The notes: generated by a model not told the origin, from the sequence alone. DNA of 41,440 nt from a virus (IMGVR_UViG_3300037245_003487:1-41440), one strand, 5' to 3'; shown: positions 33,735 through 41,438, numbered from the stretch's first letter. Translations and numbers: made by a program.

Positions 33735-34426
33735 TAATCCCTCCTATAAACTATAATTTTTTCAATATGATCTGTTAATATAAAAAGCTTATAAACTCTT
33801 GAAATATAACTCTTAATAAGAAATTCATTTTTTAATTCAATTTGCTTTTTATAACGTTCAATTATTTGTTTTTTAATAAATATAAACTTTGTTATATATC
33901 CTTTAGTTTCATCAGGAAGATACATTTTAATCTTTATAATTTCAAGTGAATTTGATCTCCTAATTATATGATTAAGATTACCTATACCGTGATTATAAGC
34001 TATTAAACTTAATATTATATCAGTTGATCCATATCGTTGTTTAATGTATTTCCTGATCCATTGCATATAATAAGAACCTGCTTTGATGTTATCGCCTGGA
34101 TTATTGAGATCATCAACAGGAATTTGCTTTCTTATATCCTTTAATGTATCTGGCATTATTTGCATTAAACCCTTTGCGCCTACCCATGATAGAGCTTTTG
34201 GATTAAGTGTTGACTCAATATATGACTGAATCTTTAAGTCAATCCAGTCATTCCCAAATTCAGCACCATATTTTTTAAATAAATCATCATATTTCTTTTG
34301 AGATTCAACATAATTAATATCAAAGTCTGATAAAGAAAATAAGCCACCTGTAATAAATAATAATGAAATTATAATTATCATTACAATTAAACAATTATCA
34401 ACTATCCAATTTTTCATTTTTACCAC
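33734..34426 (-). CDS. lytic transglycosylase (SLT domain) with N-terminal membrane anchor
   Basis: IES catalytic Glu, GAKGLMQIMPDT, NIKAGSYYM, AYNHG, ETKGYI. Confidence 0.9.
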   Translation of the reverse strand: MVKMKNWIVDNCLIVMIIIISLLFITGGLFSLSDFDINYVESQKKYDDLFKKYGAEFGNDWIDLKIQSYIESTLNPKALSWVGAKGLMQIMPDTLKDIRKQIPVDDLNNPGDNIKAGSYYMQWIRKYIKQRYGSTDIILSLIAYNHGIGNLNHIIRRSNSLEIIKIKMYLPDETKGYITKFIFIKKQIIERYKKQIELKNEFLIKSYISRVYKLFILTDHIEKIIVYRRD

Positions 34427-34776
34427 CCTAATTCTTTTATTAGATCTTCTTTTTTTTCTTTTAATCGTTCAGCTATTTCTCTTAAATCATTTTCAATTTG
34501 AAACTCAACATCATCAATACTATCAGTTATAAGCTCTTTAGCTACTGAGGTTACATGACTGTCGTATTGTGTATAAAACTTTTTCATACAGTCTGTAAAG
34601 TCAAGTTCATGATTATTGATTTTAAAAGTTATATCAAACTTACCATTTCTATCTGTTAGCTGCTTTAAATATTCACTGCCTTTATCAAATAGTTTAGCTG
34701 TTTCTAAAGCTTCGAAAAACAACCACTCTGTAAATTCATTTGAAGTTATGTTACTTATGTCCATGTCTTTATTCAT
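34420..34776 (-). CDS. acidic hypothetical protein
   Basis: 118 aa, AAAGGAG SD, first gene after promoter 34804. Confidence 0.8.
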   Translation of the reverse strand: MNKDMDISNITSNEFTEWLFFEALETAKLFDKGSEYLKQLTDRNGKFDITFKINNHELDFTDCMKKFYTQYDSHVTSVAKELITDSIDDVEFQIENDLREIAERLKEKKEDLIKELGW

Positions 34777-34803
34777 AATACACTCCTTTTAATAAGTTAA
34801 ATC

Positions 34804-34854
34804 ACTTTAACATTTTTGATTCAAAAGTAAAGATATTTTACATTTAATTTACAA
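34804..34854 (-). promoter_or_regulatory. sigma70-like promoter with conserved upstream tandem boxes
   Basis: TTGTAA-N6-TGTAAA-N5-TTTACT-N16-TAAAGT with TG extension. Confidence 0.7.
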
Positions 34855-34856
34855 GA

Positions 34857-35258
34857 TCAATCTAATGTATCGAAAATAACCTCTTTATCTTTATCTGACA
34901 ATATAGAAAAAAATCCCCTCTCATCAATTTTAACTTCCTTGGTTTTTTCATCTTTATAAACTAGTCTTTTCATTAAAGTTATAAATTCATTTTGTGATTC
35001 AAGTTCTCTTCTTAATTCATCATTTTCATTATCAAGATCATAATTATGATCTTCTAATTCTTCCTTACAATCTGGGCAAAATAATTTTTCATGATCTTCA
35101 AATCCTATTTCAATTCCACATGTGCATTGTAATCCTTCGATAGTATATTTCATACCATGAGTTTCTTTTTGAAAAGCTCTAATATAATCTTCGCAATCAA
35201 TTGAATTTATATGTTCCCTTATTTCTTGCCTTAATTTATCAGTTTTTAAATAACACAT
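34857..35258 (-). CDS. Zn-ribbon/coiled-coil protein
   Basis: CTCG...CPDC. Confidence 0.75.
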   Translation of the reverse strand: MCYLKTDKLRQEIREHINSIDCEDYIRAFQKETHGMKYTIEGLQCTCGIEIGFEDHEKLFCPDCKEELEDHNYDLDNENDELRRELESQNEFITLMKRLVYKDEKTKEVKIDERGFFSILSDKDKEVIFDTLD

Positions 35259-35651
35259 TTAAAGCTCCTTTTTTAATTCTTTAAGTTCTTTTTCTAATTT
35301 AGCAATCTTGTACTCAATAGCTTTTTGTTTTTCTGGATCTTCGTATTGAGTATGATCCTCAAAGCCTAATTTTAAAAGTTCATTAATAAAATCATCCTGT
35401 GATACTTTTTTACTATCTAATTCTGGTAATAATTTAAATAATTCAGGATAATATTCAAACGCTTTCCATGAATCATTAAACATCATTAGTCTTGGTGTTA
35501 ATTCATTATCTCTTAAATCACGCCATGTAATATTAAATTCCATTGTACAACCACCATCATCAGTATAATCACCAATTAATATTTCTGGATCATCTAAAGT
35601 TAAGCTTTTAGCATACCAGGCTTTATTAGTTATAACAAAACATTTATTCAT
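35259..35651 (-). CDS. hypothetical phage protein
   Basis: Start moved to ATG 35651 after AAAGGAG; PRLMMFNDSW. Confidence 0.75.
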   Translation of the reverse strand: MNKCFVITNKAWYAKSLTLDDPEILIGDYTDDGGCTMEFNITWRDLRDNELTPRLMMFNDSWKAFEYYPELFKLLPELDSKKVSQDDFINELLKLGFEDHTQYEDPEKQKAIEYKIAKLEKELKELKKEL

Positions 35652-35652
35652 A

Positions 35653-35796
35653 TTATTCTCCTTTATTGTATTCAAAATAATGCTCTAAACCAGCTTTAAA
35701 AACTAAATTATATATTTCTGTTTTGGTCTTTAATCTTAAAATGCTTTTTAATAAGTTGGCTTTCTTTGCTAACCTTTCATTAACTCTTATTATCAT
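35653..35796 (-). CDS. putative ribbon-helix-helix DNA-binding protein (47 aa), not in ORF track
   Basis: GGAGGT SD; MIIRVNERLAKKANLLKSILRLKTKTEIYNLVFKAGLEHY fits a beta-helix-helix pattern by eye. Confidence 0.55.
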   Translation of the reverse strand: MIIRVNERLAKKANLLKSILRLKTKTEIYNLVFKAGLEHYFEYNKGE

Positions 35797-36280
35797 TAAT
35801 ACCTCCATTTTCAAGATCACACTTTAAACATTTATTTTTATCCATACTACATATACTACATGGTAAAATTAATTTATTACATGAAGGGCATACTTGAATT
35901 TTCCTTTCATTTTGCAATGTGACATCAATATCGCAAACAGGACAATATTCAGTGCAAAATTCACCTGGATTATCATTTACATAATTATCAATAGAACAAT
36001 CTATAGTTTCCCAGATTATACCATAACTGCAATCATGTAAACTTTTTATATTACTAAGAATGTTTTTTGCTTGCTCCTTATTTATAACGATATTGTGATC
36101 CTTTGCTTTATCTATAACATCTATAATATTCCATTTAATAGATATTTCATTATTATCTTCAAATATCGGTTTTAAAACTTCATAAAGTTCTTTCACCTGC
36201 TCTTTACGCATATAATATTTTAAATTATGTTCTTTATTTATTAACTCAAAAATATCATTACATTCTATTACTTCAAACAT
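35780..36280 (-). CDS. hypothetical phage protein with C-terminal Cys-rich domain
   Basis: HDC..GI.W; CP.C, CPSC, CSIC, CLKC. Confidence 0.8.
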   Translation of the reverse strand: MFEVIECNDIFELINKEHNLKYYMRKEQVKELYEVLKPIFEDNNEISIKWNIIDVIDKAKDHNIVINKEQAKNILSNIKSLHDCSYGIIWETIDCSIDNYVNDNPGEFCTEYCPVCDIDVTLQNERKIQVCPSCNKLILPCSICSMDKNKCLKCDLENGGINDNKS

Positions 36281-36296
36281 ATAAAACTCCTTTTAA

Positions 36297-36638
36297 TTAT
36301 TTCTTTGCTTTTTTCTCTTTAAGTTCAGTGATATTAAATGTTTCACTTTCAGTTTTTTTAACTGATTTTTTAAATTGATAATCTGTTAAGTATTTTTTAA
36401 GTAAAACATAATCAGCTTTCTTACTTTCTGTTGGTGAGATAATAAGAGAATAATTTTTGTTATCAATTTTTAAAGTTCTATCAATTGCATTTTTGACTTT
36501 ATCTACTACACTAATACCTTTACTTTCCTTAAAAAGCTTTTTAATTTCAACCTTTACAGCTTTTTGTTTTTTATCGGCTGCACTTTTTATTTTACCATAC
36601 TTAAGATACTCCATAAATTTATCTTCTAATTTAGTCAT
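36297..36638 (-). CDS. lysine-rich hypothetical protein
   Basis: 113 aa, AGGAG SD, first gene after promoter 36693. Confidence 0.75.
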   Translation of the reverse strand: MTKLEDKFMEYLKYGKIKSAADKKQKAVKVEIKKLFKESKGISVVDKVKNAIDRTLKIDNKNYSLIISPTESKKADYVLLKKYLTDYQFKKSVKKTESETFNITELKEKKAKK

Positions 36639-36692
36639 TTAACACTCCTATGTTTTTATTAAGCAATCCAATGTTGCTTTTGATTTAATCGA

Positions 36693-36743
36693 ATTATAAT
36701 TGATTTGATTCAAAAGTCAAATTATTTTACACTTAATTTACGA
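36693..36743 (-). promoter_or_regulatory. sigma70-like promoter with conserved upstream tandem boxes
   Basis: TCGTAA-N6-TGTAAA-N5-TTGACT-N16-TATAAT. Confidence 0.75.
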
Positions 36744-36843
36744 AAAACTTAACAAGCACTGTTTATTGTAAATCTGGATCTAATTCTGATCTAATGTTGA
36801 TAATATATGATATTATAAATTAACTTATATTAAGGAGGCAGAT

Positions 36844-36924
36844 ATGGAATTAATGATAGCTTTTGTAATTGGTTTATTTATAGGCTGCTTTTTAGGAGTT
36901 ACCATAATTTATATTATTAACTAA
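36844..36924 (+). CDS. 26-aa single-TM peptide, lone + strand gene
   Basis: TAAGGAGG SD; MELMIAFVIGLFIGCFLGVTIIYIIN. Confidence 0.65.
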   Translation: MELMIAFVIGLFIGCFLGVTIIYIIN

Positions 36925-37455
36925 AAATTCGCAATTCGAGAACAGCGAACAGATCTATAAAATTCATTACTTATCACAAAGTCCAAAAATCTCGACAAAT
37001 TCCGATGAGAATTTTGAAAATCCGAAAACATTAATATATCCCTTGCGTGAACTCTTCAAAGTCCGACGAAAGTTTTGACTTGAAACTTCGACTAAAAAGT
37101 TGTTAAAATTCCAAGGAAATATTATTACCTATCAATTAAATCACATGAAATTTTCATTAAAATGAAATAAGTGTGGAAATTCTACTAAAACTCACAGCTA
37201 AATTGCATGAATTTTCAATATAATGAAAAATAATAATTTGAAATTACGAGGAATTGTTGGGTTATTAGCTTAATTTGTTGGACAAATCTAAGGTATTATG
37301 TAGGTATTATAGGAAATTAGTTTATAAAGTTGAAAAAAATAAATTGAGTTTTTGAAATGTTCTAAACTGTCAAAAATATTTGATGAAATTAATCCTAAAT
37401 AAAAAATTTGAAAAAGTAAAAGTATTATATTCTTAAAATAAAAATCATGATAAAT

Positions 37456-37477
37456 AAAAAGCCAGAATTAACTGGCT
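37456..37477 (-). terminator. rho-independent terminator
   Basis: AGCCAG-TTAATT-CTGGCT then TTTT. Confidence 0.7.
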
Positions 37478-37485
37478 CAATATAA

Positions 37486-38103
37486 CTAATCGTGTCGTAA
37501 ACATATCTCAATTATTTTATTAGCAATTTTTTTAACTACTTCACGCTGCTCATCACAATCAAAATTTAATGTATCGATGAATTGGTTTATGTCAGATTGT
37601 GGAATATTTTCTTTTTTCTCTACAAGCTCAAGACAATAAAATGGCCAAGACCAATTATCATCAACTTTAAAACTTCCATTTTCCACTGTTGTAATAACAA
37701 CTACATCACCAATGTAATCATTTATTGAACTAAACTCAGTAAGTTCACATCCATACTCACCGTCCTTAAACCCTCGTGCTATCCTAACTTTATCTCCTAA
37801 GCCTAAGCCACATTCTTTAAACATCTTTAAATAAGCTTTTGTGCTATTCATTATATCCTCCTTTAATTTTAAACCTTCTTGTGTTATGACATAGTAAAGA
37901 TTATTGTGTAATATAATATATCTATTATCACCATAAGCAATACTATAATATACAACATCACATACAGCGCCTAAAAATAATACATTCCCATGATCATGTC
38001 TTACTTCATTCAATCCAGTATGATTGAAGATTTCAGTACAATAAGGGCAAATACAACCACTATTTATTACTTCTACTTTATCATCAATATTAAACTTTCT
38101 CAT
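37486..38103 (-). CDS. hypothetical protein, two small beta-rich domains in frame
   Basis: KFNIDDKVEV and GLGDKVRI repeat-like starts; internal SD AAAGGAGG plus ATG at 37851. Confidence 0.75.
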   Translation of the reverse strand: MRKFNIDDKVEVINSGCICPYCTEIFNHTGLNEVRHDHGNVLFLGAVCDVVYYSIAYGDNRYIILHNNLYYVITQEGLKLKEDIMNSTKAYLKMFKECGLGLGDKVRIARGFKDGEYGCELTEFSSINDYIGDVVVITTVENGSFKVDDNWSWPFYCLELVEKKENIPQSDINQFIDTLNFDCDEQREVVKKIANKIIEICLRHD

Positions 38104-38124
38104 AATATATCTCCTTATTTCCTA

Positions 38125-38176
38125 TTTATACCACAACTAAATCTCAAAGTAAACAACTTTTACACTTAAGTTACAA
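38125..38176 (-). promoter_or_regulatory. sigma70-like promoter with conserved upstream tandem boxes
   Basis: TTGTAA-N6-TGTAAA-N5-TTTACT-N17-TATAAA. Confidence 0.75.
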
Positions 38177-38177
38177 T

Positions 38178-38209
38178 AAAAAAGGATCAGCTTATTAAGC
38201 TGGTCCTTT
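38178..38209 (-). terminator. rho-independent terminator
   Basis: AAAGGACCAGCTT-AAT-AAGCTGATCCTTT then TTT; one mismatch on the - strand. Confidence 0.7.
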
Positions 38210-38247
38210 CAAAGGAGTATTTAATTACGTATTGTAATTATGATTAT
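38178..38247 (-). ncRNA. candidate ~70-nt small RNA
   Basis: Promoter 38253-38304 fires into a gene-less 70-nt unit: hairpin, ACUCCUUU linker, terminator. Confidence 0.35.
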
Positions 38248-38252
38248 AATTT

Positions 38253-38304
38253 ATAATAACATATTTTAAATATAAAGTAAAGTCTATTTACATTTTGCTT
38301 ACAA
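38253..38304 (-). promoter_or_regulatory. sigma70-like promoter with conserved upstream tandem boxes
   Basis: TTGTAA-N6-TGTAAA-N5-TTTACT-N17-TATTAT with TG extension. Confidence 0.7.
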
Positions 38305-38311
38305 AAAACAT

Positions 38312-41020
38312 TTAAACATTACCTTGTAGCTTAACTCTTTTTTGCCTTGTCATCTCAGCATCATTACCCATGTCCATTTGTGCAAAACAATCCTCAAGTA
38401 ATAAAAGTCCATCAATTGATACAGGAAATTTCTTTAAATATTCTTTCAATGCTATCAAGCATTCTCTATACAACTCTTTACTAAAATACATTTTAGCCAT
38501 ATTCAATAAAAAACTATCAAATTGATCAGTTTCAGCCATAACTTCTTTTAACTGTTCCATTCCTGCATATGTATCCTGAAGCAATAAAGCTAATCCATAC
38601 TCAAATTTATATCTTTGGTTTCCAGGACATGTATCTATAAGTTTTTTATAATATTTAACTGACTTACTTATTTTGCCTACGTGATGATATGTAGTGGCAA
38701 GTCCCCATAAAGCCTGTTCGTTATCAGGAAATAGTTTATGAGCTTTTTCTAATTGTTCTAAAGCTCCAGTAAAATTCCTTTTATCTATTTTATCTTTTTT
38801 AGGTTTTCCAAGTTTTTTTGCTGCTTCCATATAGTCATTAAACTTTATAAGATCTGTCTTATCTTCTCTATTATTAGCCTTCTCAATTGACTCCTGCCTC
38901 AATTGTGTAGATCTCATATAAATATCTTTAGCTAATTTTATCTCACCATCAGTATAATCAGGTAAGTTTGCTAAAACCCTTTTGGCATCAACATAAGGAT
39001 GACCCCAATTACCGGCTTTAAAGTATTTCTCAACATCTTTGAGATTAGCTTTTATGGGAGATCTATCTATTAATAAGCTATCATCATTTGTTTTCATGTA
39101 TTCTTTTAAAATACCTAATGACTCTTTATATATCTTACTTAGCTCTTCAGCGCCTTCAACAGCACCTTTAAGAATCATAGAATTTCTTTTGATCCTCTTT
39201 TTAAGATCAATTCTCTTTTTAACTAAAGCATCGCCTTCTGAAGATTTAACATTATATTCTTCTGCATATAACTTTCTACTATACTTATAGATATATAATC
39301 CAATTAAAGGGCTATTTATTGCTTCAGTATGAGCGATATTAGAAAACTCCTCATTTTTATCTAACAGCTCTTTTAACTCAGTAAGAGGTCGTCTTTTCTT
39401 TTGATTTAACTCTTGAATTTTATCACAAGTCTCAAGGGCTTTTTTAGAAAACTTTTTAATTTTCTTTAAACCTTCTATTTCTTCTTCTAATATAGGAATG
39501 ATAGTCTTTATGTTTTTCTTCCATCCCTGTTCTAACCCCAGGTATCTTTCTATAATAGACTTGTTTATCTTCTTCTTACAGTACTTTTTAAGCGCATTCT
39601 CTAAAGGCATCTGTATAGTGCCCTTTAATTTAGCACCACCCTCTGTGCAATTAACATATGTTTTATCATTATATACACTGAATAACCCCTCATAAGAAGT
39701 AATAAAACTAGCTAAACCAACGTTGGTTAGTACAGGTTCGCCATAGTAACCATCAACAGGTACTGCACCACCCATACTATAACTACCTTTTGACTTCTTA
39801 TCCTTCTTTAAAGTGCTACGTGGATCTTTAATCTTCCATGTTAACCCACCATTTTCATCAATTTTAATGTCGCCACCTGCATCAACGAGTGGTATATGAG
39901 ATTTATCACCTTCATATGCAAGATCTTGACCAATAAACATGATCGGATCACACTCCATCTTAAGTGCAAGACCATAACAAAAGTGACTAACACTTCCGCC
40001 CTGCTCTAAACTACCTTTTTTTTGAAGAAAACCAACACTTGTGCTTTCAGGAACATTAGCTTTTGATATTGACACAATCTTATTACCTTGCCATCTCTTT
40101 AAAATACCATCATAACTTCTATTAAGTGCAACTAAAGTTACGTCCGAGTCCCATAAACCTCTAAAATGCTCTTCATTTACCACTCCAAAATCAACTGTGC
40201 CTATAAAATCAGGTTCAATGTCATATGCCTGTAATACACGTAATGCCTGTGCAACTGCAATAATAACAATATTACCTCTATGTTCTTTTAATAAATGTAT
40301 GTTCTTTTGTAGGCTAGGGCCTGTACTCACGATAACACATGGTTTATCCCTATATATACCCTCTAACTCATTAACACCTTTATGTCTTATGATATAAGGT
40401 AAGTTAGCTATATCATTAAGCGCTATCTTATACCCTGCGCCTTCCATAGTACCTATATTACACTGCATTTGGTTAATTAGTCTCATTACATATAGGTTAA
40501 TTTCACCATAGTCATCGGTCCTAAATATAGTATAATACTCAGAAGATAGGAACCATCTTTGTACTACTTGTGTTTGATCATAAAGAGAAAACATACCAGC
40601 AATTATTCTTTCGTCATCAGTATCTATAATAGTTACCGTATCATTCTCTAGATATTTAGAAAAATTATGTAGCTCTAATGCTTTTTTAACTAAATATGTA
40701 TTAGGCTCTATAATTAATATATTATGCCCTGGATCTTTCTTCTTAACAAGTTCACTTAAATGATAACCTAATCCAATTCCAACCACAACAGTTAAATTTG
40801 ATTTAGTTAAACCATCTTTTTTAACTTTAATAACTTTTAATGGATTTTTAATATCATAAGCAGGAATTACATTTCCACCATTCTTGATTAAAAAATTTGC
40901 CATTTTATTTTTAGAATAAATTAACTCAAACCATTTTGGCTTTTCACACTCTTGAATATTTTCATATAACTTAGGAATTTTTGTCTTTATTACTTCCAGA
41001 TTTTTCTCTAGTATTTCCAT
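38312..41020 (-). CDS. Maf/DUF115 (MptE-like) family protein, putative nonulosonate glycosyltransferase, with C-terminal TPR-like repeats
   Basis: VVGIGLGYHL, IIEPN, PCVIVSTGPSLQKNIHLLK, IEPDFIGTVD, GGSVSH, IMFIGQDLAY, NCTEGGAKLKG; ALWGLATTYHHVGKISKSVKYYKKLI TPR-like. Confidence 0.85.
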   Translation of the reverse strand: MEILEKNLEVIKTKIPKLYENIQECEKPKWFELIYSKNKMANFLIKNGGNVIPAYDIKNPLKVIKVKKDGLTKSNLTVVVGIGLGYHLSELVKKKDPGHNILIIEPNTYLVKKALELHNFSKYLENDTVTIIDTDDERIIAGMFSLYDQTQVVQRWFLSSEYYTIFRTDDYGEINLYVMRLINQMQCNIGTMEGAGYKIALNDIANLPYIIRHKGVNELEGIYRDKPCVIVSTGPSLQKNIHLLKEHRGNIVIIAVAQALRVLQAYDIEPDFIGTVDFGVVNEEHFRGLWDSDVTLVALNRSYDGILKRWQGNKIVSISKANVPESTSVGFLQKKGSLEQGGSVSHFCYGLALKMECDPIMFIGQDLAYEGDKSHIPLVDAGGDIKIDENGGLTWKIKDPRSTLKKDKKSKGSYSMGGAVPVDGYYGEPVLTNVGLASFITSYEGLFSVYNDKTYVNCTEGGAKLKGTIQMPLENALKKYCKKKINKSIIERYLGLEQGWKKNIKTIIPILEEEIEGLKKIKKFSKKALETCDKIQELNQKKRRPLTELKELLDKNEEFSNIAHTEAINSPLIGLYIYKYSRKLYAEEYNVKSSEGDALVKKRIDLKKRIKRNSMILKGAVEGAEELSKIYKESLGILKEYMKTNDDSLLIDRSPIKANLKDVEKYFKAGNWGHPYVDAKRVLANLPDYTDGEIKLAKDIYMRSTQLRQESIEKANNREDKTDLIKFNDYMEAAKKLGKPKKDKIDKRNFTGALEQLEKAHKLFPDNEQALWGLATTYHHVGKISKSVKYYKKLIDTCPGNQRYKFEYGLALLLQDTYAGMEQLKEVMAETDQFDSFLLNMAKMYFSKELYRECLIALKEYLKKFPVSIDGLLLLEDCFAQMDMGNDAEMTRQKRVKLQGNV

Positions 41021-41150
41021 TTTTCTCCTCTGATTTATATCTAGCTGGCTTAGAATTTTTGATCATAGCTGGAATTCTTTTATGAAATTCATCTATGGAT
41101 CGTAAAATTTCTTCCATATACTCATCAATCATTTTTTTCGTTCTCTTCAT
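40971..41150 (-). CDS. hypothetical protein (59 aa), overlaps Maf-like start
   Basis: GGGTGAG SD-like; MKRTKKMIDEYMEEILRS... Confidence 0.45.
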   Translation of the reverse strand: MKRTKKMIDEYMEEILRSIDEFHKRIPAMIKNSKPARYKSEEKNGNTREKSGSNKDKNS

Positions 41151-41277
41151 TTAATATCTCACCCAATGCATCCTTACATCGTTCTATATAGCCTCTATCA
41201 ATCTCACATCTGGTCCTACCATCAATACGACCAGCGATATAAGCTATGATAAAGATTGGTATAAGTAGAAAAATCAT
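41125..41277 (-). CDS. 50-aa single-TM protein
   Basis: GAGAGG SD; MIFLLIPIFIIAYIAG. Confidence 0.55.
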   Translation of the reverse strand: MIFLLIPIFIIAYIAGRIDGRTRCEIDRGYIERCKDALGEILNEENEKND

Positions 41278-41438
41278 TCAACTAACCTCTCACATAGTTT
41301 GTGTATTTTATCATCGTTATCTACGATCTTTTTGAATAATTCAATTCCATCTTTTATGTCGTTGTGAAATATTACTTTTAAACAATTCATAAGTTTTTCA
41401 TTATTTTTAGCCCTTTTTTCTTTAATTTCTGCTATTTC
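41274..41438 (-). CDS. hypothetical protein, 5'-truncated by window edge
   Basis: Frame open to the edge; TGA overlaps ATG 41277. Confidence 0.5.
   Translation of the reverse strand, partial: EIAEIKEKRAKNNEKLMNCLKVIFHNDIKDGIELFKKIVDNDDKIHKLCERLVE

Noticed and set aside
22405-37600. Weak similarity between the C-termini of 22405..22743 (DGIDFGCNDSKNKVKELI) and 37486..38103 (DTLNFDCDEQREVVKKIA)
   Set aside because: Too short and too few identities to call paralogy without alignment statistics
8-40397. Opposite-strand ORFs in the track (8..280, 2346..2591, 7963..8163, 13378..13719, 13422..13655, 17626..17811, 19077..19316, 26015..26221, 27586..27846, 31168..31506, 31545..31751, 32376..32576, 36457..36642, 39039..39290, 39498..39695, 40197..40397)
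   Set aside because: They overlap better-supported genes on the other strand, lack SD motifs and show F/L/S/I-rich shadow composition
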